Origin: Camelus dromedarius
Taxonomy: Eukaryota
Direction: 5' to 3'
DNA: 64,000 bases
Assembly: GCF_036321535.1 (NCBI RefSeq)
Contig: NC_087437.1
Coordinates: forward strand, 87,732,001-87,796,000
Positions 13,246 through 25,440 of this stretch are shown here, piece after piece (positions within the stretch are counted from its first letter, which is position 1; each line of letters begins with the position of its first letter). The notes under the pieces are model-generated. The model saw only the letters and a list, made by a program, of their open reading frames with translations. It was not told the origin of the DNA and ran no database searches. The position numbers were made by a program, and so were the translations under genes.

Positions 13246-13729
13246 AGCATTCAATCTTCCTAGTACTTACACAGACACTTGACATAGATGCTTAAAATGT
13301 TCTTTTAACTCTGGCCACTATGGTAATTTCTATTACATTAATAATGTCTAACAAATATACATCGATCTTCACTCAAAACAGCATAAGCAAATTTTTAAAT
13401 ATTCATGGTTTTCAGAGTTTTGCATAAATATTGAGAAACAACATTTTAGAAATTCCTTTTTGTGTTTTTTTTTTTTTTTTGAGGAAAAGATTGTTTTCAC
13501 TTAAAAGTAGGCCCTTTGTTTTGTGAAAATATTTGGAATGTTAATCACAAAACTTTAGCTCATATATTCTTGGTTCTTTTGCAACAGCTAGCAAATTTCC
13601 CACACAGTGTGTGTATAGAATAATTGAATGATCAGTGAATGTGTTGCTTAATTTCTCAAGATTTCAGCTTCTTCACTGGGAAAAATCAAAATTGTTAAAT
13701 TCTGCCTACCACCCTGTAACAACACGTAG

Positions 13730-13920
13730 TGGAACAAAAGGAAGGCAAGTCTGGAGGTCAGAAACTTAGGTTGGAGTTCTACCAAGTAATCTTGGTAGAA
13801 AAGCAAACACTTTGTGTCTCTCATCTGTAAAATATAGATAATATAATGTTTTGAATGTTAAATTAAATAAGGAATATGTCAATATGCTGCAAAACTGAAA
13901 TTGTTATGCAAGTGTGTATC
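13730..13920 (+). mobile_element. MIR SINE remnant
   Basis: tctggaggtcagaaacttaggttggagttct...ctcatctgtaaaatatagataat. Confidence 0.65.
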
Positions 13921-15308
13921 ACATTCCTACTCCTCCTCCTCCGAGGGGTAGTACTACTGCTGGCACTAGTACCACTGATGTTTTGTAGCAATTAAACAAC
14001 TTCAATTATGTCTGGTCACTTACACTGCTTACAAGTAGTGTTATTTTAGAGAAAAAGTATTTTCTACAATCAAGTTTGTATATTATTATAAAATAAACAA
14101 GAAAACTGTTAACTGAATAAAGCTGATCTCAATTTATATTTAGGACATAATATGGGTGATATAAGTATCTAAAATCAGAATTCAAACGATCAGAGTATAA
14201 CACTGATTACATTTATTTTTATTACTTATTTGGGTTTGGCAGTCTTAGCATTTGAGAAAAAAGAAGAGCATATCTTACTTTGCTTTTAATCCATCTTGGG
14301 CAAAAAAGACGAAGAAGAATGGATTATTCAGAACATTAAAGTGTCACGGAGAGCTGATTCCATCTGATTTAAACAGCATTGATAAGCATTGTTAAATATA
14401 AGTCAACTCTATCATATATGTTATCCTGCAGTTGTTGCTAATCTCCAGAAAATGTGAATCTTCTGACTATGATTGTATGGTATATAATTTTTTAATTAAT
14501 TACCTAATATATGAAACTAGGAGGATAACTTTGGAACTAACTAGAGTAGCTTCTCTGAAATGAATCATTAGTGATGTGCCTGCATGTATACACATTTTCA
14601 TAAGAAGTTTCGGTTTTTACCTTTAGATGTATTTTAAAATTTAAAATATAACATGCACTTGAAACTCCCAAATCTGCACTGTCTACCTCTTTAGGTTCAA
14701 TCCTTAAGCTGGAAACATTTTTTAATTCTCCATTTCTTATAGAACTTTTTCTTTAAATTTTACGTCACCATACCTCTTTAAGTTTACGTTACAGGATTTT
14801 CACATGCAGAAAAAGCTTCTGTTAAAGGATGTGGCTGGAAGTAAATAATTTGTGAAGGCATGACTAGTAAACTGGCAAACATTACTTTTTCATACATCAA
14901 ATCAGGGAAGCCATGTTCCAATAATTATATGGTCCTGAATTTACCTTCCTTCACTGATGAGCTAGGTGCCTGAGATCTTAGGTGCCTGAGGTTGTTATCT
15001 ATAAAACAGTATTCTCCTGTGCTGTATGTAGAATCTGTCCTGCTGCTGGAGTCCATGTCATCTACTTGCTGCCGAACAAAATCCCCTGATCTGCCACATA
15101 GTTTCCCAAGTCTATGCAATGAGGCAAAGGAAATCTCTAACGTCTTGTAGCCTTAGTCTTCCTTTATTACAACTTGTATGAAAGAGGCCAAAACAACAGG
15201 GAAGAGACTAAAGAGAAGCCACCAGTCTCTGTTCCTCCTGATCCTTAACATAAAGAACCACTTTGTATATTCTGCCTGTGTAAACATTATTCATGTATTC
15301 ATGTTTAA

Positions 15309-15438
15309 GGAGGGAGTGGATACTTCAGTGGCAGAGTACATGCCTTGCATGCACAAGGTCCTGGGTTCATTCCCAGTACTTCTGTTAAATAAACAAACAA
15401 ACAAATCAAATTACCTACCCCCAAAATAAAAACAAAAA
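15309..15438 (+). mobile_element. tRNA-derived SINE, camelid Vic-1-like (long tail)
   Basis: Pol III A-box-like cttcagtggcagag, B-box cctgggttcattccc, and an aaataaac/aattacctaccccc tail shared with the copy at 34545. Confidence 0.85.
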
Positions 15439-16439
15439 ACATTCTTAATGTTTTCATGCTTGTATTTTTTGTGTGTATTGCAATATCCACTACATAGGGA
15501 CAAAGAATGAAAAGAATAAATGAATAAAGATGTTGATCTATCTATCAATATATCAACAGTTTTCTTAGGATTGCTCAACTTGAGTCCGGAATCCAGAAAT
15601 CTAGATATGACACACAACAAGAAAACCCTAAAAACTGGAGTTCTATGATTCATACACCTGAATGTATCAGCACTAGAGAATCTCAGATACTCATCCAACC
15701 TCTTCACGTGTTGGGAGGATGAGAAGTTAAGTGGATTATCTCAAAATAAATATTTTCTTGTTTAATATTCATTTTTTTCAGAAAAGTCATACAAACATTA
15801 GTGTGAAATCTCATTCCTATTTCTAGTGTGAAAGAAATCAAGAGAGAAAATATGATCATAAGACAAAAATATTATAAGAAAAGATTAAACATTTTAAAAA
15901 GCAATAGAATTTGTTTCTGTAAAGGATAAATATAAGGAGGTGAGCCAAAGAACCATTGCTCACCAGGGTATCTTGTAATTTGTTAAAGCACTTTGTTCTC
16001 CTGTTATGAGAATGAAAATAAATGTATGTGAATTTTCCAAATTAAGGTTGAGACCATTCTGTCAGAAAAGGTGAGGGTACAGAGAGTTACATGTGCTTCC
16101 TCTTATTCATGAGCAGTTTTGTAATAAACCAATAAAGGTCCCCAAATAGAAAATTAAATACTACCCAAAATTATTTTGACCAACAGTATTAGGTTTTAGG
16201 TAATTACTCCATTTCAAGATTCTTTTATGGTTGATCTCTCGAAGATCAAAGACAAAATTGCTTTTCAAATGTTTGAATTTGTTCAACAAATAATTATTCA
16301 GCACCTATACTCAACTGAGTTCAAGACAATAATTTCTAGATACCAGATAATAAGCAGTAAACCAGACAAACATGATCCCCCCCCAGTGTGTTTACTGTCT
16401 AAACTGATCATCTACTTTATTTTTCGAAAAATTTTTAAC

Positions 16440-16525
16440 TTTTTTTTTTTTTTAATGGAGGTACTGGGGAACCCAGGACTTCATGCATGCTAAGCATGCC
16501 CTCTACCACTGAGTTATACCCACCC
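16440..16525 (-). mobile_element. tRNA-derived SINE, camelid Vic-1-like (short)
   Basis: Reverse complement reads gggtgggtataactcagtggtagagggcatgcttagcatgcatgaagtcctgggttccccagtacctcc followed by poly(A). Confidence 0.85.
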
Positions 16526-17403
16526 GTCTGATTTTCTGCTTCTACTGTTTAAAACGAAATCCTAAAATTTGTATTTCTGTCCCAGAGGTTCAAAGATAGA
16601 TTGAATTTTCAGTTGTGTTGTTTTTTATTGTTTGGTTACTTGTTCTCAAATTTATTTTCAAATGGATGCAAGTCATTATAAATGTTACCAGTGAAAAATA
16701 TTTATCATAAACATTGTTTGTCAAAGCCTATACTTTGAAAGAAACATACGTCAGAAATGCTAACTTCAGATGCATGACCTGCAAGATTCTCCAGGCACTG
16801 TCAGCCTGTGGGGTAGCTTTCTTGCCTCTTTTCATTCAGTAACAGAAGAAAATAAGGGAGCAACAGTGGACCAAATATTTGTTGTTTCTTAGATATGTAA
16901 ATACAAATTTAATCTAAAATGCATCTACATCAGATTAACAACTGCATTTTCCTGGCAAGATATTTACTTTTTTCCTTCTGACATGACAAGTGAGCTAATA
17001 TTTTTAAATGTTTAATTCCAAGGCTGTATTTACATTTTGGTTTTGTTTTCATTTTGTCTTGTTTGGTTTTGTTTTTGTAGGACTGCTTCTAAGTCACAGA
17101 TGAGAGAAGATCTTTATTTTCTTTCTGAATGAGAAAAATCTCACTAAAGCCACAAATAAAAGGGTAACTAAATTGACATTGTCTTGTGGGAGAGGAGCAG
17201 AAAATTGGCTGAGTGTCTGTTTATTTTTAAGATAACTAACCAAGACATCCATGCTTAGATTTGAGAACAGAAATTAAAAGATTTTTCAATAAGACAAATA
17301 TATACAATAAATGAAAAAGAAAAAGAAAAATGATAATGAAATGGAAAAGGGGAATGAAAGAATGTCAAGTAGATGAATGTATAGAAAAAGAAAGAAATGA
17401 AAG

Positions 17404-17881
17404 TTGTGATATATATATACACAGTAGAATATTATTCAGCCATAAAAAGGAATGGAATAATACCATTTGCAGCAATAAGGATGGACATATAATCATACTA
17501 AGTGAAGTAAGTGGGACAGAGATAGACAAATATCATATGATATCAACTATCCATGAATCTAAAAAGAGTAACACAAATGTCCTTATTTACGAAATAGAAA
17601 TAGACTCACAGACATAGAAAACAAACTTATGATTGCCAAAGGGGGAAGAGGGGAGGGATAAATTAGGAGTTTGGGATTAGCAGACACAAACTGCTTATGT
17701 AAAATAAACAACAAGAACCTATTGTACAGCACTGGGAACTATATTCAATACCTTATAATAAACTATAATTAAAAAGAACATATATATATATTCAATTATA
17801 TATAATTGAATCACTATGCTATACACCAGAAACTAACACAACATTGTAAATCAAATATACTTCAATTAAAAAAAAAAAAAA
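17404..17881 (+). mobile_element. L1 3' end (ORF2 C-terminus remnant, 3'UTR, poly(A))
   Basis: IILSEVS..DKYHMIS peptide; aactaacacaacattgtaaatcaaatatacttcaatt followed by an A run; possible TSD agaaatga. Confidence 0.9.
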
Positions 17882-19774
17882 GAGAGAGAGAGAAATGAGT
17901 ACTCTGACCACTGATGGATCCAGAAGGTCAAAGACACAGATACAAATAGATGGACATAAAGAAAGGTCCTTATAAATATTTCAGAAATTAACCTATAAAG
18001 AGCCATATAAATAAAAGCAGCATACACACAAAGACATATACTCAAACAGAGAAAGAAATATTAAGAAAAAGCTCTAAGAATGAATACAGAGACACATAAA
18101 CTGTCAGATAACATTTTGCTAATTGAGGAATTAAATAGCACATAGATTCTTAGTACTGCTCTGCTGTTACAACTATGTTTTAAATGCTGTTGAAATAATA
18201 TTTACATTTTTTTCAAGAAAAGTATACATACCCTTTGAATAAAATTGTTTCTAGGACAGTTTCTGTTGAAAGTTGTCCTTCTAAGTAAGCTTAAGACACT
18301 GCTAAGGGCAAATCCAGATGGTTTTTGAGAGTTGTGATATGTTGTTAGTGGAGTTCAGTTTCTTGATAGAAGGAGGGAAGTGCTGTCTTTCTGTAAAATA
18401 AAAATAATTTTAAAGTACTGAAAATATGAAATAAAGTCATATAAACTGAAAAGAAACTGTTGCAAGAAAACTGTTAACTACATTGGGAGCCAGTGCTGCC
18501 TTGTGAAATTATGGCAATATTAGATGAACTTAATAGAGAGCTTCCCTACATACGTAGGTATCGTCAATGTTGGCAGAAGGGACCAGGACATGGACACACT
18601 GACTCTGGGTATAATTATAAGAAATGCTTTATCTCACTGATTAAGGATATACATTTTGGAGAGATAAAGAACAGTATGAAAACAAAATGGACCTAAGGAA
18701 GAAGGTGAGAAAAAAAAAAAAAAAGCTAAGATATCTTCTGAGACAAGAAAAAAAAGGGCACAATAAGTGACAAGTTCTAAATGGACTCTGCACAACTTTC
18801 CTCTACATGTGCTCTCTTTAAATGTATTTCCTAGTGTTTAAATATAGGAGTTTTAATAGTAATTTTTATTTAAATATTTCAGTCTTTATGTAAGATGTTT
18901 TGCATACGACTTTTGTGCTTTCCCTAACTCCTACTACAAAAGTTGGATTTTATATAAATCAACAAGAGATTATTTCAGACTGAACCAAGCAAACGTTTGT
19001 TTCGCTGGCCCCTACCAAGTCATATTATATTCTTTTTAAATCATCCTTTCCTAACTGTCATATATACTCACATGTCGTAACTCAAGTAACATACATTCCC
19101 CAGAACACAACCCTTAGTCTGGACACTGAATATGACTTAAATATTGGCCTTGTTTCTCCAGAATTCTGCATTTCCCTCTCTCTCTAAATTACCTTATGTC
19201 GCCCTCATAGTTAAACATTTTTTGCTGTAGAATTTTATGAATGTTTATTCCCATTTGTTTCATAATAAAATAATGAAAAAATAGCTTATTATATATCCTG
19301 CAGTCAGTGAACACATAACTTTTATAAATCTCATTTCAAATGCCTTTCTGAGGAAATGTCTAATGCTTTAATTTTTGTGCAGAAGCAGTATATAGATTAC
19401 ATAACACATGACAACTCTGACCCTGTAGTCATGGCTACCTTAAATGCTGTACTCAGAAAGATCGTGATGCTTTATTTAGGCTAACTGGTAATCCGGGACT
19501 ATTAGAAATACCTGCCTTGGGTATGGGAAGGGCAGAATGGCAGTTGAGGCAAGACAGACTAGCCATTCAGTCTTATTGATAAGTGGTAGCCAGACATAAG
19601 ATAAATGGATATAATATTAAGCTAACCATTTATTAATAAACAACTATATTTTTGGAAGTGAATAAAGCGTCCCAACTAGTTAGAGACATTGAGATGTATT
19701 CCAATGAAAATGCCTAGTTCAAGTGTGGGACCTACTAAGTGTGAGTTTGATGTCTATGATGTTCTAAAGTAGAC

Positions 19775-19935
19775 CAGTTGTCCCAATCCCTGGCGACACC
19801 ATTAATGTCACCTAAGGAGATATTTTTAAAATACCAGTGCCCAAGCCCCTCAGGCTAGTAAAATCAGAACTTCTCTGGGCATAATCAGCACTTTAAAAAT
19901 ATCTTTCAGGTGATTCCGATGCAGTGAGAGTGGGA
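19775..19935. mobile_element. MER5-type hAT-Charlie DNA transposon
   Basis: tcacctaaggagatatttttaaaataccagtgcccaagcccc...aaatcagaac...caggtgattccgatgcag. Confidence 0.75.
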
Positions 19936-20352
19936 ATGAAAATACCTTGGTTTTTCCTCTGCCTTGATTCTGCATAACCCCTGTAGAGCCCTCTGGATCT
20001 CAGAACTTCCTTTCATCTGCTCTAAAAAGAATATCAGACAAGACTTTCAAGGGTCTGGCTTGACACTTAGAGCAAAAAAAAAAAACTTCTGTTGGTATTT
20101 GTTGTATTATTGGGATTTATAAAATTTATCTTTACCATTGTTTTCTCCATATTCAAGAAAAAAATTTAAAGCACAGAGAAACAATACTAGTGAACGCGAT
20201 ATTTTCAAATAGTATTAATTTTAGAATTTTACTTCCTCTACCCCTCACCTACCCTCATTGACTAAGGCTAATCCTAACTAGTGAGATCTGATTTTATGCC
20301 AACTAAATACCGCTGAGGAGCAGAGGACAAAGGTACCCAAATGGAGGAGCGA

Positions 20353-20369
20353 GCGCGCGCACACACACA

Positions 20370-20416
<47 letters not shown>
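20353..20416. repeat. (GC)4-(CA)n compound microsatellite
   Basis: Directly visible, with two 'aa' interruptions. Confidence 0.95.
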
Positions 20417-22699
20417 TAACCTTCGGTTCCCTATAGACATTTGGAAGTTGTCAGCAGTAGCGTAATGGCAGTCCTAATTATTAAAATTACTCTTGTGTGG
20501 AAAGTGCTTTTAGAATAAGATGCCGACAGGCATGCAATATGTTAACTGCACTATGGTCTTTTTTGTTTCTTTTAAAATGAAATTCTTAGGAATATTCCAC
20601 TGGCTTTCATCAAAACACCTCTCACCACCCCAGTGACATGTACCTTCTCACACATTCCAAAGGAATTACCAATAAATTCCGATTTCATAAGCAGTCTAAT
20701 GCCCTAAAGACATTTTATTATTCAGTTAGGTCAAGAGATTTCCTTACAACTACAACATCTACTACAGTCTCAATTTTTCATATTTCTTTAACGTGTAATC
20801 ACATATTCACTAATTGCTAAAGTTTTTATAGTGATGCAAGGATGCTGTGATTAAATATTGTTAATTTGAAAATATTTTACAGGTTTTATTTTAGGTCTCA
20901 AGGAGGGCTAGTCTTTGATCCTTAAGAAATAATTTGATATCCTCTATTATAATATGGATGTGTATATAACTAATTATTTCAGGAAACACATCAAAATATT
21001 GCATAGTCTAACATGGCCCTCCATGGATCATAGAAAATGTCAAATAGACAAGAGCTGTAGTATAGAAAAGAAAAAGGGTTCTTTCATGTTGCTTCAGGAA
21101 GAAGAATCAGGACCAACGGGTAGCAGTTATGTGGAAGTAAATTTGAGATCAATATATATAGAATGAACAACAAGTCTAACAGAAAAATGGGCCACCTTGT
21201 TTAGCATACCTATTATACTTACAATTGGTTCTCAGTATGTCCAGTTTGGGAATTCACCATCTTTGAAAATAACAGAGCTACAAGCAGGAAGTAGTAGAAA
21301 GCTGATAAGCTCTCAGACTGCTCCCCATCCAGTGCAAGGAGTGTCAGACACTCATTCTCAGACACTGCCAAGCCCCACCCCATGCAGAGGCATTCTTGTT
21401 TCGCTAAAGGACATGCTGCCTCCTTAACCAGGCCAGGAGACATAATTAAATATTTGGGTTTTTAAATGCCTACTTCTCCAGCTCCCAGGCAATCTTCTGT
21501 TGGGGCCAGATAACCAAGAAGAAAGTAAATGCTCAAATCTTTCTCTCAGGGCACAGAGGCAGTTAAAAAAACTAAACATTAAATACCAACAAATGTGGCT
21601 ATTTATTGTGTAAATAAACTAAAGTGCCTCCCCGTTTTTCTGTCATTGCATTTTCCCCTGTGTTTCTATCAGCAAAGTATATAAATTAAGGGTAGGCCTT
21701 TTTTTGTTGTTAGAAAAAAAGATATTATATAATCTGGGTCTTGTAACCCTAAGTAACACCACTTAGTCTTGATCCTATTTGCAAGAAAAAAATATATGCT
21801 TGATATAAAGGACATTGAATAATTTATGTAATATTTAATAATGCAGTAAACTGGGGAGAATCAGAAAGACACTCATGGTGATCTAAATTATTTTCATGCT
21901 GTACTGTTCCATATGGGCCCATACACTTAAAACTGTTAGCATGGGCAATTAAAAAGGAGAAATACTACCTAATTTGTAAATTAAGCAAAGAAGAAATGCA
22001 GCTTTTATTTAGAATGATAAAATAACAACTTTTCAGTCAAGCGATTTGAATTGCAAGAACTTACCTTGATAAAAGTAAATTAATGGATTAGGATTTACAG
22101 TTATGTTGTCTTAAACTGAACATCATTTCCCCTATGCCCAGAAGCTGCTGACAAGAAGTGAATGTATTAAGGGTAATAAATGTCTATAATTCAGTGGTGT
22201 GGTATAGCAAGTGTCTCAGGAGCAAAGACACGGTAGAAGTATAATAATTTCCACCCAACCTCAAAGCTGTAACAATGTATTACTGATCTCTCTGTCTCTT
22301 AATTTTAATGCTATCTTGATCTGTTTATCCGAGGCTTGAAAATGCAATTGGGTCTCCTTATCTCCGTTATGTGCTGAACTCAGGCCTGTGAATCTTCAGG
22401 GAACGATTTGATTCACTAAGAAGATGCAAAAGCTATAAACAAAGTGCAAATGCAAATGGCATTTTCTTGAATCCGCCTGATTTCGATTCCTCTGTGGCTG
22501 GCTGAACCCTCTATCACCCTATTTCATCCAAGTCTTCCAGAGGGCTACGAGGCTAACCCCCGTTTCTGTGTTTCTGAATTTTGTTATAGATTCACGTGCA
22601 AGCATCTTGGTAGAACTTAAGGTCGAATGAGAACATGTTACACTCTCAGCGTTGTCACACCTGCCAAAATGGTTCATTTCAGGCTGTGGGGACAAAGGA

Positions 22700-22890
22700 A
22701 ACATTATACTTCCAGGATCTGGCTTTAGGACTTGTAAAGCAGGCTCTGTACATTAACAGCTGAAGTCAGGTGAACTTTGCAGGGAATTGCATCCAGAATG
22801 CCTCACTGGTCTATGAAGATTAAATGAGATTATGTTTGTAAATTGAATAGCTTGATATTTGCCAAAGTGGGTATCAAACAAATGCTGGTT
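22700..22890 (+). mobile_element. MIR SINE remnant
   Basis: cctcactggtctatgaagattaaatgagattatgtttgtaaa. Confidence 0.55.
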
Positions 22891-23319
22891 TCTCATAGCT
22901 TTCCTACTTTCCTCCCCACTTTCGTCATTTCATTTAAAGATCACAGTGTTCTTATTTAGGTTAATATTATTCTCAGCATACAAGTGGGAAGATGGAAACT
23001 CAGAAAAGTTAAAGAAAATTTCCTCCAATCAAAGCACAATGAACATCAGAATCAGTTTTTACCCTAGTCCATTTGATTTCACCAAACAACTATATTTCTA
23101 ATAAAAAATGACACTATCCTCATTATGTTCACCTGAAGTCCTTCACAAGACACCCTCTCACATGAAGCTGAACTCCTGCCATATCAGTACTTTCAGCTCA
23201 TCTTCCTTATCAACTTTCTTTTTCTAATCTGGCCTGTGAAAAAGAAATCATGTTCTATTTTCAAAGAATGTTGTCATGTTCTTGCTGAATTATTTTGCAT
23301 CCATAAATGAAATAACTAT

Positions 23320-25030
23320 GGGAAACACAGGGAGGAAAAAAAATAACATTATCCATAATCCTACTATCTAAAAATCCACTGTTAGTGTTTCGTTATATGG
23401 CCTTCTATACTTTTACATGAGTATAAATGTAACTATTCATGTATCTTTTTACAAAATCAAGTCATACTGAACACTTTTTTTTTGGTAAACCTGACTTTTT
23501 CTTTTCAAATATTGGCTAGAAATCTTTGAACACATATTCTATGATGAATCCATTGTTTCTTGTTATATTGAAATTATGTAATTTATTTATATAATCCCCT
23601 CAGTGAGTCTGTGTGGTCATTTTTATTTGAATACTGTACTGACTGAGTGCCATTTACTATGCATTCATTATCTCATTTAATTCTCTTAATTTTGCAATCA
23701 TTATTTCAGTGAATACCTGCAGCTCCACCCAGGGGCAGGCATTTTTAATGTTTTCTATTCTAAAAATGGGGAAACAGAATCCAGAATCTGTAATATTCTG
23801 CCTTTTAAAAATTCTCCTTTAAAAAAATCTCCATAGGTATATTTTTACTGACATTTCTCATCTTCTTAGGGTGACTTAATACAAATTTACAAATAGTTTT
23901 CTCAAGATATTATACTTTTATGGCAGCTTGAGATCATCTGTTTCCCTGGACCATCACACTATTTATAATTGTAAAATGTTTTATTAAATGAGAAGCAAAA
24001 TTTCTACCTTGGTATTTGTGAGATAATAGAAAATATATGTACTGGTTCCTGGTACAGAGGTCCTAAAACCGTTGTAATTTCCTAAGTGATAAGAGCACGA
24101 GGAGCATCTTTTGTTCTATTGAGGCAACTCTAGGTAAACTCCTGGATGGCTCCTGGATGGGGCTGTTCACCAAGCAATGATTAGAAGTGTGAAATTTTCA
24201 GCCTCATCCCTCAACCTCCAGCAAGGGAAGAGGGGCTAGAAATAGAATTAATAATTGTTCATGCCCCCATGATGAAGTCTCCCCAAATTCCCAAGAGTAG
24301 AGGGTTCCGAGAACTTCCAGGTTGGTGAACACGTCCAGGTGCTGGGACGGTAAATGCACCTCAGCTCCACAGGGACAGAGCTCCTGCTCTCAAGATCCTG
24401 TCAAACATCACCCTATGTAGCTCTTCAACTACTTGTTTATCTGTATCTTTTGTCATATCTTTTAATAAACTGGTAAACGTTAGTGTTTTCCTGAGTTCTG
24501 TGAGCCACTCTAGCAAATTGACTGAAACTGAGGGCGGGGTCGTGGGAACCTCTGATTTGTAAACAAATCAGAGAGACATTGTGGGTAACCTGGGGAGGTT
24601 CTAACTTGAGGATGACCTCTGAGGTGAGAGGGGCAGTCTTGTGGGACTCAGCCCTTAAGGTGTGGAATCTGACACTATCTCCAGTGTTAGAATTAAGTTG
24701 TAGGATACCAGCTGATGTCACAGAGAATTGCTTGGTGTGGCAAAAAATCACACATTTGGTGACCAAAGTGACGTGTTCTATGTGAGAGTAAGAGAGAAAC
24801 ACAGGTAGAAAACTAAATTTTTTCAACTCAGTATTGTATCTAAGTTCTTGCCTTTGATTATCAATAATAAACATTTTGGTAAGTCTACTGGCCATTTGTC
24901 TTTATTCTTTTGTTGCTAACCTATTCATGTTATTTCATCAATTTTCTTTTTCTTATTGATCTTAAAGTTTTCTTCTATACTAGTTTTATTAACCATTTGT
25001 TATATATGGTACAAATATTTGTCACTTCTA
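23320..25030 (-). mobile_element. Fragmented ancient L1 (L1ME-like) interrupted by a MER21-like LTR
   Basis: atccataatcctactatctaaaaatccactgttag; ttttggtaagtctactggccatttgtctttattctttg. Confidence 0.5.
24010..24828 (+). mobile_element. MER21-like ERV solo LTR
   Basis: tgtgagataatagaaaatatat...ggttcctggtacagaggtcctaaaacc; aataaactggtaaacgttagtgttttcctgagttctgtgagccactctagcaaatt. Confidence 0.88.
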
Positions 25031-25195
25031 TGTTGGGGTTATGGAATTATTAATCACATTTCTTTTCCCCTATGTCACGTATACAAGAGAAAATTCATAT
25101 GTAAACATTTTTAATTTGAAAAATGTTAAATCGAATGAAAGCAGCACAGAAAAATTGTCATGACTCACCCACTATTAACATTCTGCCTCACACAC

Positions 25196-25222
25196 TACCT
25201 ACACACACACACACACACACAC
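25196..25222. repeat. (CA)n microsatellite
   Basis: Directly visible. Confidence 0.9.
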
Positions 25223-25329
25223 TTGCCTTTCGTCAAACCTTCCAAAGTACGTTGCAGATATCATTACATTTCACTCCTGAATACTTCCAAAGTTAAAAAT
25301 TTTCCAATAAATGAATCAAGTATCAGTTT

Positions 25330-25440
25330 TTAAATTACTTAAAATTAAATAAAATTTAAAATTCAGTTTTTCAGTCACACAACCCACACTTCAAGTTCTC
25401 AGTAGTTACATGGGGTTAGCTGCTACAGTATCAGCAGGAT
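25330..25440. mobile_element. MER3/MER33-type hAT fragment
   Basis: taaaattaaataaaatttaaaattcagtttttcagtcacacaacccacacttcaagttctcagtag. Confidence 0.7.

Noticed and set aside
14963..14990. Short tandem duplications (taggtgcctgag x2; also 6061-6090 and 57052-57080)
   Set aside because: Ordinary slippage-scale duplications with no array or spacer structure, so not CRISPR-like
24437..24895. 152-aa minus-strand ORF
   Set aside because: Lies antisense within the MER21-like LTR and has no protein-like features
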